64,000 nt of DNA from Gammaproteobacteria bacterium (GTDB taxonomy: Bacteria; Pseudomonadota; Gammaproteobacteria; Steroidobacterales; Rariloculaceae). The notes beneath the pieces were generated by a model. The model saw only the letters and a program-made list of their open reading frames with translations, ran no database searches and was not told where the DNA came from. Numbering within the stretch: position 1 is the first letter of the stretch; every line of letters starts with the position of its first letter. The stretch spans positions 71,936 to 135,935 of the forward strand of contig CAXXDW010000002.1 of NCBI GenBank assembly GCA_963665575.2, written 5' to 3'. Below, piece after piece: positions 1-7,642 of the stretch. A program made the position numbers and the translations under genes.

Positions 1-533
1 CCCCGATGGACCGTGCTGACCGCGTGATACGATCGGGGCGAGATTGCGAACGCCTGTACAGACCCGTGTAGGGGTTCGACTACTCTGCCAACCGTTTCAG
101 GCTCGGGTCCGTTGAATAACATCAGATACCCTCCGTACTCGGATTTCCAACCTCGGTTGAGTTGGAGAAGCAGGCGGTGGCTTTCGCCGTTCGGTAGGTA
201 GTCGTTGTGGATTCGAATGGTTTGATCCGCGACGAGTTTGTGCGCGGTGACGTCGACCCGTTCGGACAACGGTTGCCCGAAACGCTGCGCCATCCATCGC
301 CGCATCAAAGCCAGCGTCTCCGGGCAGGTGAGCCGCTCGACGACGGCAGCGAGCGGAACGTCAAGCAGGCTGAATTCGTACTGCTCGTAGAAGTCGGTCG
401 CGGTGAACTTCCATGGCGCGCCACCTTCAAGCCAATTGAGCCAATCCTCAGAATCGCTCGTCAACGTGCAATGCCCAACGACGTGCTCAAAGGGCCGTGT
501 TTCGTGCTTGATGGAATTGAATTCAGGAAACAC
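1..533 (-). CDS. yhhC: 2OG-Fe(II) oxygenase of triceptide cluster (YhhC-like), 3' end runs off window
   Basis: Not in the ORF track. Manual translation from GTG at 533, overlapping the rSAM stop, is open to the window edge: MFPEFNSIKHETRPFEH...TDFYEQYEFSL...AHKLVADQTIRIHNDY...SHRLLLQLNRGWKSEYGGYLMLF...SPRSYHAVSTVHR. It has the HxD...H facial triad (HND; SYHAVS) of 2OG-Fe(II) oxygenases. Confidence 0.85.
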   Translation of the reverse strand, partial: MFPEFNSIKHETRPFEHVVGHCTLTSDSEDWLNWLEGGAPWKFTATDFYEQYEFSLLDVPLAAVVERLTCPETLALMRRWMAQRFGQPLSERVDVTAHKLVADQTIRIHNDYLPNGESHRLLLQLNRGWKSEYGGYLMLFNGPEPETVGRVVEPLHGSVQAFAISPRSYHAVSTVHR

Positions 534-1695
534 GCGTAGCTGAAGGTTGTACGACGATACCGTCACCCAGTCCCATTTCGCCGAGTCGGGCGACGGTATG
601 TCGAATCATGGTCTTGTGGTCGCGGCAGTAAACCGATGGATTGTCGTAGCCGCGTTCGGCGCTCCAGCGATACAGCGGCATCCCTCCGCCGCAAACAGCC
701 AGCAACTCACAGTCTCGGCAAGCGTCGGACTCGGGGATCTGCATGCTTGTGTAGGCGATGTACTCTTGAGATGCGAGCACCGTCGAAAGGGGTGTGCTCG
801 TGACATTCCACGGATTGCCGAACCGGTCCGCGCCGTCGAACGAAGCGCGGAGCGTGTCGTTCTTTCGTATTTCGCCATCCGTTTCAACGACGAGAATGCC
901 ATAGGGGTTTACGCCCCGGCCTTCCTTTACGCTTTCTCCGCCGAGGCAAAGCTTGATGATGTCGTCGCAAACGCGAATCGGAACCGGCGACGGGTCGGCG
1001 AGGTACGAATCCAGCACTCCGCTCAGCCACTGGCCGTATTCCGTGCTCTCGAACTGCGCTTTGCCGGGCGGTAGGCGGTCGTGATTGCCGTCCTGGAACA
1101 AAAAATCCATGCTCGGACTGCCCAGATCCTTCAGGAACCTGTAAACGATCTCCGGGTCGGAGGCGGACTGAATGACCGATAGCGTGCCCGCAAAAAGAAA
1201 ATCGCGGTCGTCGCACGAGTCGAGGAGAACGATTCCACGCATCGTCGCTTCGTAAGTGCTTTCTTGGCGATGATTCAGTCTTGCAAGGTCGTTGACCTCT
1301 GCCGGCCCGTCAATGCTCACAGACACGCTCGTACGCGTTTCGGAAAAAAGGTCGAGCAATTCACGCGTCAGAAGCGTGCCGTTCGTCTGGATGCTGATGG
1401 GATGGCGCTCGGGAGACAACCGCTCGCGCAAGCCGCGCAGCAACGTGGCGAGACCGCCAAAGCCGAGCAGCAGGGGTTCGCCGCCGTGTAGGACGATCGC
1501 GAACCCCGCGCGTTGCCGGTCGGCCTGCTCGACCAAGCGATCGATTACCGTGGCCACAACGGCCGGCGGCATGCGCTTGGGCTGGTTGCGCCACGCGGTG
1601 TCCGGCCCCCGATAAACGTAGCAGTACGAGCAGTCGATGTTGCAGCGGCTAGCGGTCTTCAGGAGAACCGTATCCAATTGGCCCGCGGCGGCCAT
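523..1695 (-). CDS. yhhB: Cyclophane-forming radical SAM/SPASM peptide maturase (YhhB-like)
   Basis: LLKTASRCNIDCSYCY (CX3CX2C), LHGGEPLL, IQTNG, SIDGP, and C-terminal SPASM cysteines (CRDC...CGGG...YC). Lies directly downstream of a Y/H-motif precursor. Confidence 0.9.
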   Translation of the reverse strand: MAAAGQLDTVLLKTASRCNIDCSYCYVYRGPDTAWRNQPKRMPPAVVATVIDRLVEQADRQRAGFAIVLHGGEPLLLGFGGLATLLRGLRERLSPERHPISIQTNGTLLTRELLDLFSETRTSVSVSIDGPAEVNDLARLNHRQESTYEATMRGIVLLDSCDDRDFLFAGTLSVIQSASDPEIVYRFLKDLGSPSMDFLFQDGNHDRLPPGKAQFESTEYGQWLSGVLDSYLADPSPVPIRVCDDIIKLCLGGESVKEGRGVNPYGILVVETDGEIRKNDTLRASFDGADRFGNPWNVTSTPLSTVLASQEYIAYTSMQIPESDACRDCELLAVCGGGMPLYRWSAERGYDNPSVYCRDHKTMIRHTVARLGEMGLGDGIVVQPSATRVS

Positions 1696-1718
1696 GTCGG
1701 GCGTCGGCCGGTTTGCCC

Positions 1719-1904
1719 TTACCGGCCCCGGTTGTGCCGGTGGTGGACGCGGTCATAAGCCTCGTCAACGCGCTTCTCGTTTCTTACCTCTTCGAGAAGG
1801 CGCGAGAGAACCGGGTTAGCGACATCGACCGCAGGCGTCTCGGTGTCGGTGCGCATCGAAGTGTCTGACAACTCGGATGAAGGATTGTCGATGCGGCGGT
1901 TCAT
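1719..1904 (-). CDS. yhhA: Triceptide RiPP precursor peptide (YhhA-like), core ...YDRVHHRHNRGR
   Basis: 61 aa with a GAGGAG RBS. Helical leader NPVLSRLLEEVRNE, then three aromatic-X-X motifs: YDR, HHR, HNR. Confidence 0.88.
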   Translation of the reverse strand: MNRRIDNPSSELSDTSMRTDTETPAVDVANPVLSRLLEEVRNEKRVDEAYDRVHHRHNRGR

Positions 1905-2044
1905 GAGGCTATCTCCTCGGCTGCGGTAGTGGGCGTTGTCCGCGCCTGTTTCGGGATATGATTACTAAGATGATAGCTTCACGTTGATGATAGAAACAAG
2001 CGTGAATGCATGCCTCTGAAATCAAAGGTGAAATAAATTCTATG

Positions 2045-2080
2045 AAATTACAACCTATTGTTTATAAAAGGTTGTATTTT
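2045..2080. promoter_or_regulatory. Inverted repeat / putative operator in AT-rich divergent promoter region
   Basis: TACAACCT-N12-AGGTTGTA (2049-2056 / 2069-2076), extendable into A/T flanks, between yhhA and the thiamine operon. Confidence 0.4.
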
Positions 2081-2269
2081 CTATTGTAGACTTGAGATTT
2101 CCAGCCGCCTGTCATCGACCAGCAGACCGCCGGGGCAGCATAACTGCCGTACGCAAGGCGATCCGGCGAATCGTATTTTCACGCTTACGCGATTCCGGTG
2201 GGCCAAATCGGACGCTGGCTCTATACTTGACGGAGCCGTGACGTTTTCGGCTATCATCGAACCGTTCGT

Positions 2270-2365
2270 ATCCGAGGGGTGGCCGGCAACGGCCTGAGAG
2301 AGCCGCGCGACGAGCGCGATTCAACCCTTAGAACCTGATCCGGTTAGTACCGGCGTAGGGACGGG
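2270..2365 (+). ncRNA. TPP (thiamine pyrophosphate) riboswitch
   Basis: GAGGGGT...CTGAGA...AACCC.TAGAACCTGATCCGGTTAGTACCGGCGTAGGGA matches the THI-box consensus and lies upstream of thiamine-uptake genes. Confidence 0.93.
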
Positions 2366-2396
2366 AATTCCCACCAAACCCACTCGCTAGACAGAC

Positions 2397-2422
2397 CGGA
2401 TCTCGCTCGTAGAGGAGATCCG
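2397..2422 (+). promoter_or_regulatory. RBS-sequestering hairpin (riboswitch expression platform)
   Basis: CGGATCTC (2397-2404) pairs with GAGATCCG (2415-2422), which overlaps the GAGGAG SD before GTG 2425. Confidence 0.65.
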
Positions 2423-2424
2423 CC

Positions 2425-4890
2425 GTGAAACTGTTGTCAGCCGCCCGGTCGGCACTGTCTCGAACCCGATTGACGATGTTTGCCCCGCGGCGCGCGCACG
2501 CTTCGAACGGGGCTGCGGCAGGAGCCACGTTGTCCGGGCCACGCCTCGCACGCACGACCTGCCGCGTCGAGCCACGCACGATCTGCCCCTCCGAGCCACG
2601 CACGACCTGCCGCTCCGAGCCGAGCACGCCTTGCCACGCCGTGCTTCGCACGACGCTTCCCGCAGCCAGCACGTTTCCGGCGCTCACCGCCTTGCTCGGG
2701 CTCGCAACCTTCCCCGCGCCGCTCCCGGCCCAGGAGCCCGAGGAGGCCCAGGACCTCGAGGAGATCGTCGTAACGGCCGGGTTTCGCGACCGCGACCTCA
2801 TGACGAGCCCCGGCAGCGCGACGGTGGTCGATGAGGAAACCGCCCGCGACCGTGCGGCCCAGCACCTCGAATCGATCCTGAGCGTCGCCCCGAACATCAA
2901 CTACGCGAGCGGGGGATCGCGCGCACGGTTCATCCAGGTGCGCGGCATCGGCGATCTCGAGCAGTTCATCGATCCGAAGCACTTTCCGTCGGTCGGCGTC
3001 TCGTTCGACGACATCAACCTCGGCGGCACGGCCAATGCGGGCATGCTGTTCGACGCGGGGCAGGTCGAGATCCTGCGCGGGCCGCAGGGCACGCGCTTCG
3101 GCACCGGCGCGCTCGCGGGGCTCATCAACATCCGCGGCAACCGGCCGTCGGACGAGTTCACGTCGTTCATCGAAGCCGGCGCCGGCAACTACGGCGCCTG
3201 GAACCTCGGCGCCGTCGTGAGCGGCCCGCTCGGCAACAGCGCCGGCGGGCGCATCGCCGTGCAGAAGAACCGCGGCGACGGCTATATCGACAACGCCGCC
3301 CTCAACCGCTCCGACACCAACGGCTACGACGAGACGACCGTCCGCGCGACGCTCGAGGCCGCGCCGAACGACCGTTCGACCTACGGCCTGACCGTGTTCC
3401 ATTTCGACGGACAAAACGGCTACGACGCCTTCTCGCTCGACAACACGCGCACGACGCTCGCCGACGAACCCGGCCGCGACGACCAGCAAAGCACGGCGCT
3501 GGCCGGACGCGCGGAGTGGTCGCTCGGCGAGTCCACGACGCTGAGCGCCGTTGCCACATGGCTCGACAGCGATCTCGCCTACGGCTACGACGAAGACTGG
3601 ACATTCGACGGCATCTGCGACGGCACGCTCTGCGACCCGGTCTGGGACCGCTACGTGGCCGCCGACGAATACCTCAGGGACCGCTCCGAGGCCTCGCTTG
3701 ACCTGCGCCTGCTCGGCGACGCGCGGCCGGGCGGGCAGGGCGCTTCGATCGAGTACGTCGTCGGCGCCTACGCCCAGCGCCGCGACGAGGACCTGCACCG
3801 GATCCGCACCGACCCCTGGAGCCTCACCGAGTTTTTCAGCGCCTACGAGACCGACCGGGAGGCGGTCTACGGGCAGATCGATATCGTGCCGGGGGGTAGG
3901 GGAGCCCGAGGCGGCGCGGGAAGCGCTGGCGATGCCGGCGGAGCAACCGCCGCAACTGGCAGCCGCCGCAGCCGGCTCTCCTTCACCGCCGGCTTCCGCT
4001 ACGAGCGATTCAACGATGCCTACGACGACTCGGGGGGCTTCGCCTCCGCGAGCGACGACACGCTCACGAGCGGCGAGTTCACGGTGGCCTGGGAGGCCGG
4101 CGCCGAAACGACGCTTTACGCGACCGTCGCGCGCGGCAACAAGGCTGGGGGTGTCAACACCGCGGCAAGCTCCAACTTCGCGCTCATGCAGCCGGCGTTC
4201 CAGTCGTTCATGCAGGGGAGGCTCCGAGTCGGCAGGGAGACGCTGCTGAACCGCGAGTTCGGCCTCAAGGGCCGCTACGCCGACGGCCGCCTCGCGCTGC
4301 GCGCCGCGCTCTTCGCCATGGACCGCGACAACGCCCAGCTCGAATCCTGGATGTGGGACGGCGTGAGCTTTCTCTGGATCGGCTTCCTCGACAACGTCGA
4401 CGGCAGCAACACGGGTGCGGAACTCGAGCTCGAATTCGACGCCACCGACCGCACGCGGCTCTTCGCCTCGCTCGGCTGGCTCGATACCGAAGTCGACCGT
4501 ATCGAGACCTACGACCTCGACCTCGGCGATTTCGTCGTGCGCACCGGCATCGACCAGGCCAGGTCGCCCGAGTTCCAGTTCAATGTCGGCGCAAATGTGC
4601 GCTTCTCCGACCGCTGGCGCGCGCGCATTGAGGTCGAAGGCCGCGACGACAACCGCTTCGGCTACTATCACTCGGGATCGCTGCCGAGCTACACGCTGCT
4701 CAACGCCAGCCTCGTCGCGAACTTCGGCTCGACCGAGTTCAGGCTCTGGGGCCGCAACCTCGCCGACGAGGACTACGCCGTCCACGGCCTCTACTTCGGC
4801 AACGACCCGCGCAAGGGCTGGATCAACGAGACCTACCTGCAGTATGGCGAACCGCGCGTGGTCGGCGTCAGCGTCAGGTACTCGTTCTGA
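2425..4890 (+). CDS. TonB-dependent receptor, probably for thiamine
   Basis: TonB box LEEIVVTA, plug motif VEILRGPQGTRFG, C-terminal RYSF. TPP riboswitch upstream. Confidence 0.92.
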   Translation: MKLLSAARSALSRTRLTMFAPRRAHASNGAAAGATLSGPRLARTTCRVEPRTICPSEPRTTCRSEPSTPCHAVLRTTLPAASTFPALTALLGLATFPAPLPAQEPEEAQDLEEIVVTAGFRDRDLMTSPGSATVVDEETARDRAAQHLESILSVAPNINYASGGSRARFIQVRGIGDLEQFIDPKHFPSVGVSFDDINLGGTANAGMLFDAGQVEILRGPQGTRFGTGALAGLINIRGNRPSDEFTSFIEAGAGNYGAWNLGAVVSGPLGNSAGGRIAVQKNRGDGYIDNAALNRSDTNGYDETTVRATLEAAPNDRSTYGLTVFHFDGQNGYDAFSLDNTRTTLADEPGRDDQQSTALAGRAEWSLGESTTLSAVATWLDSDLAYGYDEDWTFDGICDGTLCDPVWDRYVAADEYLRDRSEASLDLRLLGDARPGGQGASIEYVVGAYAQRRDEDLHRIRTDPWSLTEFFSAYETDREAVYGQIDIVPGGRGARGGAGSAGDAGGATAATGSRRSRLSFTAGFRYERFNDAYDDSGGFASASDDTLTSGEFTVAWEAGAETTLYATVARGNKAGGVNTAASSNFALMQPAFQSFMQGRLRVGRETLLNREFGLKGRYADGRLALRAALFAMDRDNAQLESWMWDGVSFLWIGFLDNVDGSNTGAELELEFDATDRTRLFASLGWLDTEVDRIETYDLDLGDFVVRTGIDQARSPEFQFNVGANVRFSDRWRARIEVEGRDDNRFGYYHSGSLPSYTLLNASLVANFGSTEFRLWGRNLADEDYAVHGLYFGNDPRKGWINETYLQYGEPRVVGVSVRYSF
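2551..2670 (+). repeat. Degenerate 24-bp tandem repeat (~5 units) in the receptor signal region
   Basis: cgcacgacctgccgcgtcgagcca / cgcacgatctgcccctccgagcca / cgcacgacctgccgctccgagccg ... encoding RTTCRVEP RTICPSEP RTTCRSEP. Confidence 0.8.
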
Positions 4891-5004
4891 ACGGTCAGGC
4901 TGCGGTCATCCGCCAACCACGAGCTGCTCTTGAGAAAATCATTCACGACTTGAGAACAATGGATTGGAGACTGAAGGATCAGAAAACAAAACTGAGGAAA
5001 TATC

Positions 5005-5283
5005 ATGCGCGTCACGGCCGAACTCAGCCTCTACCCGATCAGCGACAACCACATCCCGAAGATCCTGGACTTCGTTCGCACCTTGCACGAGGTGCCGGGG
5101 CTCGAAGTCCTGACGAACCAGATGAGCACGCAGCTTCGCGGAGAACTCACCGACGTCATGCCGGGAATCGCGATCGCTGCCGAGCGCTCGTTCGCGGACG
5201 GCGGCGCACAGGCGCTCGTCATCAAGATCCTCAACGCCGATCTGCCGATCGGCGAGGCGCCGGAACTTGGCCTGGCTGACTGA
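5005..5283 (+). CDS. YkoF-like thiamine/HMP-binding protein
   Basis: MRVTAELSLYP...LEVLTNQMSTQLRGE pattern, GAGG RBS, operon context. Confidence 0.8.
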   Translation: MRVTAELSLYPISDNHIPKILDFVRTLHEVPGLEVLTNQMSTQLRGELTDVMPGIAIAAERSFADGGAQALVIKILNADLPIGEAPELGLAD

Positions 5284-5884
5284 GCTTCTCGCCGGCATCT
5301 CGCCGCTCGAGGGCGCGGCGGTCGCCTTTGCGGTGGCCTATCTCGTGCTCGTCATCCGGCAGAACATCCTGTGCTGGGCCGCGGCGCTGGTCTCCGTGCT
5401 GCTGTCGCTGATCCTCTTCTACGAGGTCGCCCTGTATATGGAATCGGCGTTGCAGATCTTCTACGCCGGCATGGCCGTCTACGGCTGGCAGCAATGGCAG
5501 AGCGGCGGCGCCGACAAGCAGGGCGTGCGCATCGCTACCTGGCCGCTGCGCGTGCACGCGGTCGTGCTCGCGCTGATCGTCGCGCTGAGCGCCGCGTTCG
5601 GCTGGTTCCTGAGCGGCACCGACGCGGCGTTCCCTTATCTCGATTCATTCACGACCGTCGCGGCCGTGGTCACGACTTACATGGTGGCGAAGAAGGTGCT
5701 CGAGAACTGGATCTACTGGTTCGTCATCGACAGCGTGTCCGTCTATCTGTACGCGGCCCGCGAGTTGCCCCTTTACGCTGCGCTTTTCGTCTTCTATCTC
5801 GTGCTCATCGTCATCGGTTTCAGGCAATGGCTTGCGGACTGGCGCACCGAGCAGGCGATCGGTTCGGCGGCTCGCGATGGCTGA
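5267..5884 (+). CDS. pnuC: PnuC-family transporter (PnuT-type thiamine transporter by context)
   Basis: Multi-TM with RQNILCW, YGWQQW, PYLDSFTT and KKVLENWIYW motifs. Confidence 0.88.
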   Translation: MAWLTELLAGISPLEGAAVAFAVAYLVLVIRQNILCWAAALVSVLLSLILFYEVALYMESALQIFYAGMAVYGWQQWQSGGADKQGVRIATWPLRVHAVVLALIVALSAAFGWFLSGTDAAFPYLDSFTTVAAVVTTYMVAKKVLENWIYWFVIDSVSVYLYAARELPLYAALFVFYLVLIVIGFRQWLADWRTEQAIGSAARDG

Positions 5885-6070
5885 CGCTCGCTGGCGCAGA
5901 GCGCTTGATGTGCGGCCGCCTCGGGCCAGCCTGTTGTGGCACGAAAACACGATGACCGACCGGCGCTACCCCGGAGCGCTTGTCGTTCGGCCACTCGTGT
6001 CAGCCCATAGTGGCAGAAGCGCGCAATGACTGACCGGCGCTCACGCAAAGCGCTCATCGCGCAGGTGCTC
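5877..6070 (+). repeat. Degenerate ~75-bp triplication of the kinase start region
   Basis: ATGs at 5877, 5952 and 6026 begin MADARWRRAL, MTDRRYPGAL and MTDRRSRKAL. Confidence 0.6.
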
Positions 6071-6928
6071 GGACGGGTTCTCGGCCGGGACGTTGCGATC
6101 GACGAGTGCCGCCTGCTCGGCGGCAGCACCGGCAAACGCAGCTACCGCGTTGCAGCGGCAGGCCAACAATATGTCGTGAGGCTTGGCGAGGGGCTCCACG
6201 GCATGACGCTCGATCTTGCCGCGGAGGCCGGGCTCACGCGCGCCGCAGCGGCCGCGGGGCTCGCGCCCGAAGTGATCGGCATCGATCCCTCGACCGGCAC
6301 GCTCGTCACCCGCTGGCTCGCCGGTGCCCGGGTCTGGACCGAAGCCACGGCGCGCAGCCCTCGCGAGATCGCGCGCGTCGCAACGCTGCTCAGGAGGCTG
6401 CACACGCTGGAGGTTGTCCTGCCGACATTCGAAGCGCAGGAGGTTCGCCTACCGAAGTTCAAGGCGCAGGAGGTCGCCCGTCACTACGTCGCCGAGGCGC
6501 AGCGCCGCAGGCCGCAAGACATCGAAAGCGCGGCACTCGCGCGCGAACTCGCGACGCTAGCCCGACGATACGACGAGCGATTCCCCCCGACCGCGATCTG
6601 CCACAATGATCTCGTCGCCGCCAACATCCTCGACGCCGGCGAACTGAAGCTCATCGACTTCGAGTACGCGGTCCGCGCAGCTCCCGTACTCGACCTCGCG
6701 TCGATCGCCGCGATGAACCGCATGAACGCGCGCCAGCGACGACTGCTGGTCGAGGCCTACTATCCCGACAGGAACTCGCCGTTCGGCGAAGACGAGTTCG
6801 ACCGGGTCGTCCGCATGTCGAACCTGATCACGCTTTTCTGGGCGAATTCACAGGACGATCAGAACCAGGGAATGATTTCCGAATACGCTGACCGTTCACG
6901 GCTGCCGGGCGGGCGCCCGTTGCGTTAG
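6026..6928 (+). CDS. Choline/APH-family phosphotransferase (probable thiamine kinase)
   Basis: CHNDLVAANIL and LIDFEYA motifs; last gene of the thiamine operon. Internal 30-bp duplication at 6419-6478. Confidence 0.82.
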   Translation: MTDRRSRKALIAQVLGRVLGRDVAIDECRLLGGSTGKRSYRVAAAGQQYVVRLGEGLHGMTLDLAAEAGLTRAAAAAGLAPEVIGIDPSTGTLVTRWLAGARVWTEATARSPREIARVATLLRRLHTLEVVLPTFEAQEVRLPKFKAQEVARHYVAEAQRRRPQDIESAALARELATLARRYDERFPPTAICHNDLVAANILDAGELKLIDFEYAVRAAPVLDLASIAAMNRMNARQRRLLVEAYYPDRNSPFGEDEFDRVVRMSNLITLFWANSQDDQNQGMISEYADRSRLPGGRPLR

Positions 6929-6953
6929 CGTCTGAGGGCGCTTCGTGGCGCCG

Positions 6954-7352
6954 TTACTCTGTGGTCTGCTGATCCGGCGCGATCTCGATGCCGAACAAGT
7001 GGCCTTCGATCCGGGCGGTGCGGCGGTCGACGCTGTCGAGTTGGGCGCGCATTGCCGCGTGCTCGCCCCGCATTTCCATGCGGATGTCGCGGAGGTCGCC
7101 TCGAATGGCCGCGTGCTCGCCCCGCACTTCCATGCGGATGTCAGCGTGCTCGCCCCGCATTTCCATACGGATGTCAGCGTGCTCGTCCCGCATTGTGGCG
7201 TGTTCGTCGCGCATCTGCATTCGAATGGTGTCGAACCCGGCGCGCATCTCGGCTCGCATGCCGGCAAACTGGAACTGCATCAATGTCGCAAGCGCCGCAA
7301 TCGCCAGAACGCCGGTGCAAATCGCGGTGATTACTTGCAGCCACTCTTTCAT
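6954..7352 (-). CDS. Small N-terminal-TM coiled-coil protein with EHA heptad/hendecad repeats
   Basis: MKEWLQVITAICTGVLAIAALATL TM segment, repeats of EHADIRMEMRG, end RRTARIEGHL. Start set at 7352 because TGCTACGAT lies 7 nt upstream. Confidence 0.7.
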   Translation of the reverse strand: MKEWLQVITAICTGVLAIAALATLMQFQFAGMRAEMRAGFDTIRMQMRDEHATMRDEHADIRMEMRGEHADIRMEVRGEHAAIRGDLRDIRMEMRGEHAAMRAQLDSVDRRTARIEGHLFGIEIAPDQQTTE

Positions 7353-7642
7353 CGTTGTGATCGTAGCACGCGGTCGCAGGTATTCCACGGGCGAATCGGG
7401 ACGATCCGTTCAGTTTCGGCCCGGCCGCCAAGAGGCGTGGCTTCGCGGTCGCTCCGGTAGCCGAGAGGCGTGGCTTCTCGAACGCTTCGGCCGCCGGGTC
7501 CCAGGCGTCGCTAAATGCTCTCGCCCACCACGTTGATCCGCCAGACGCCGTCGCCCTGGTGCGAGGCAGCACGCCTGCCCAGGCACTCGAAAAGCGCTGG
7601 TCGCCCGATGACGATGGGCGGCGTCGCGTCCGATCCTGCCCC

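Noticed and set aside
207-539. 110-aa + strand ORF
   Set aside because: Shadow of the minus-strand 2OG-Fe(II) oxygenase.
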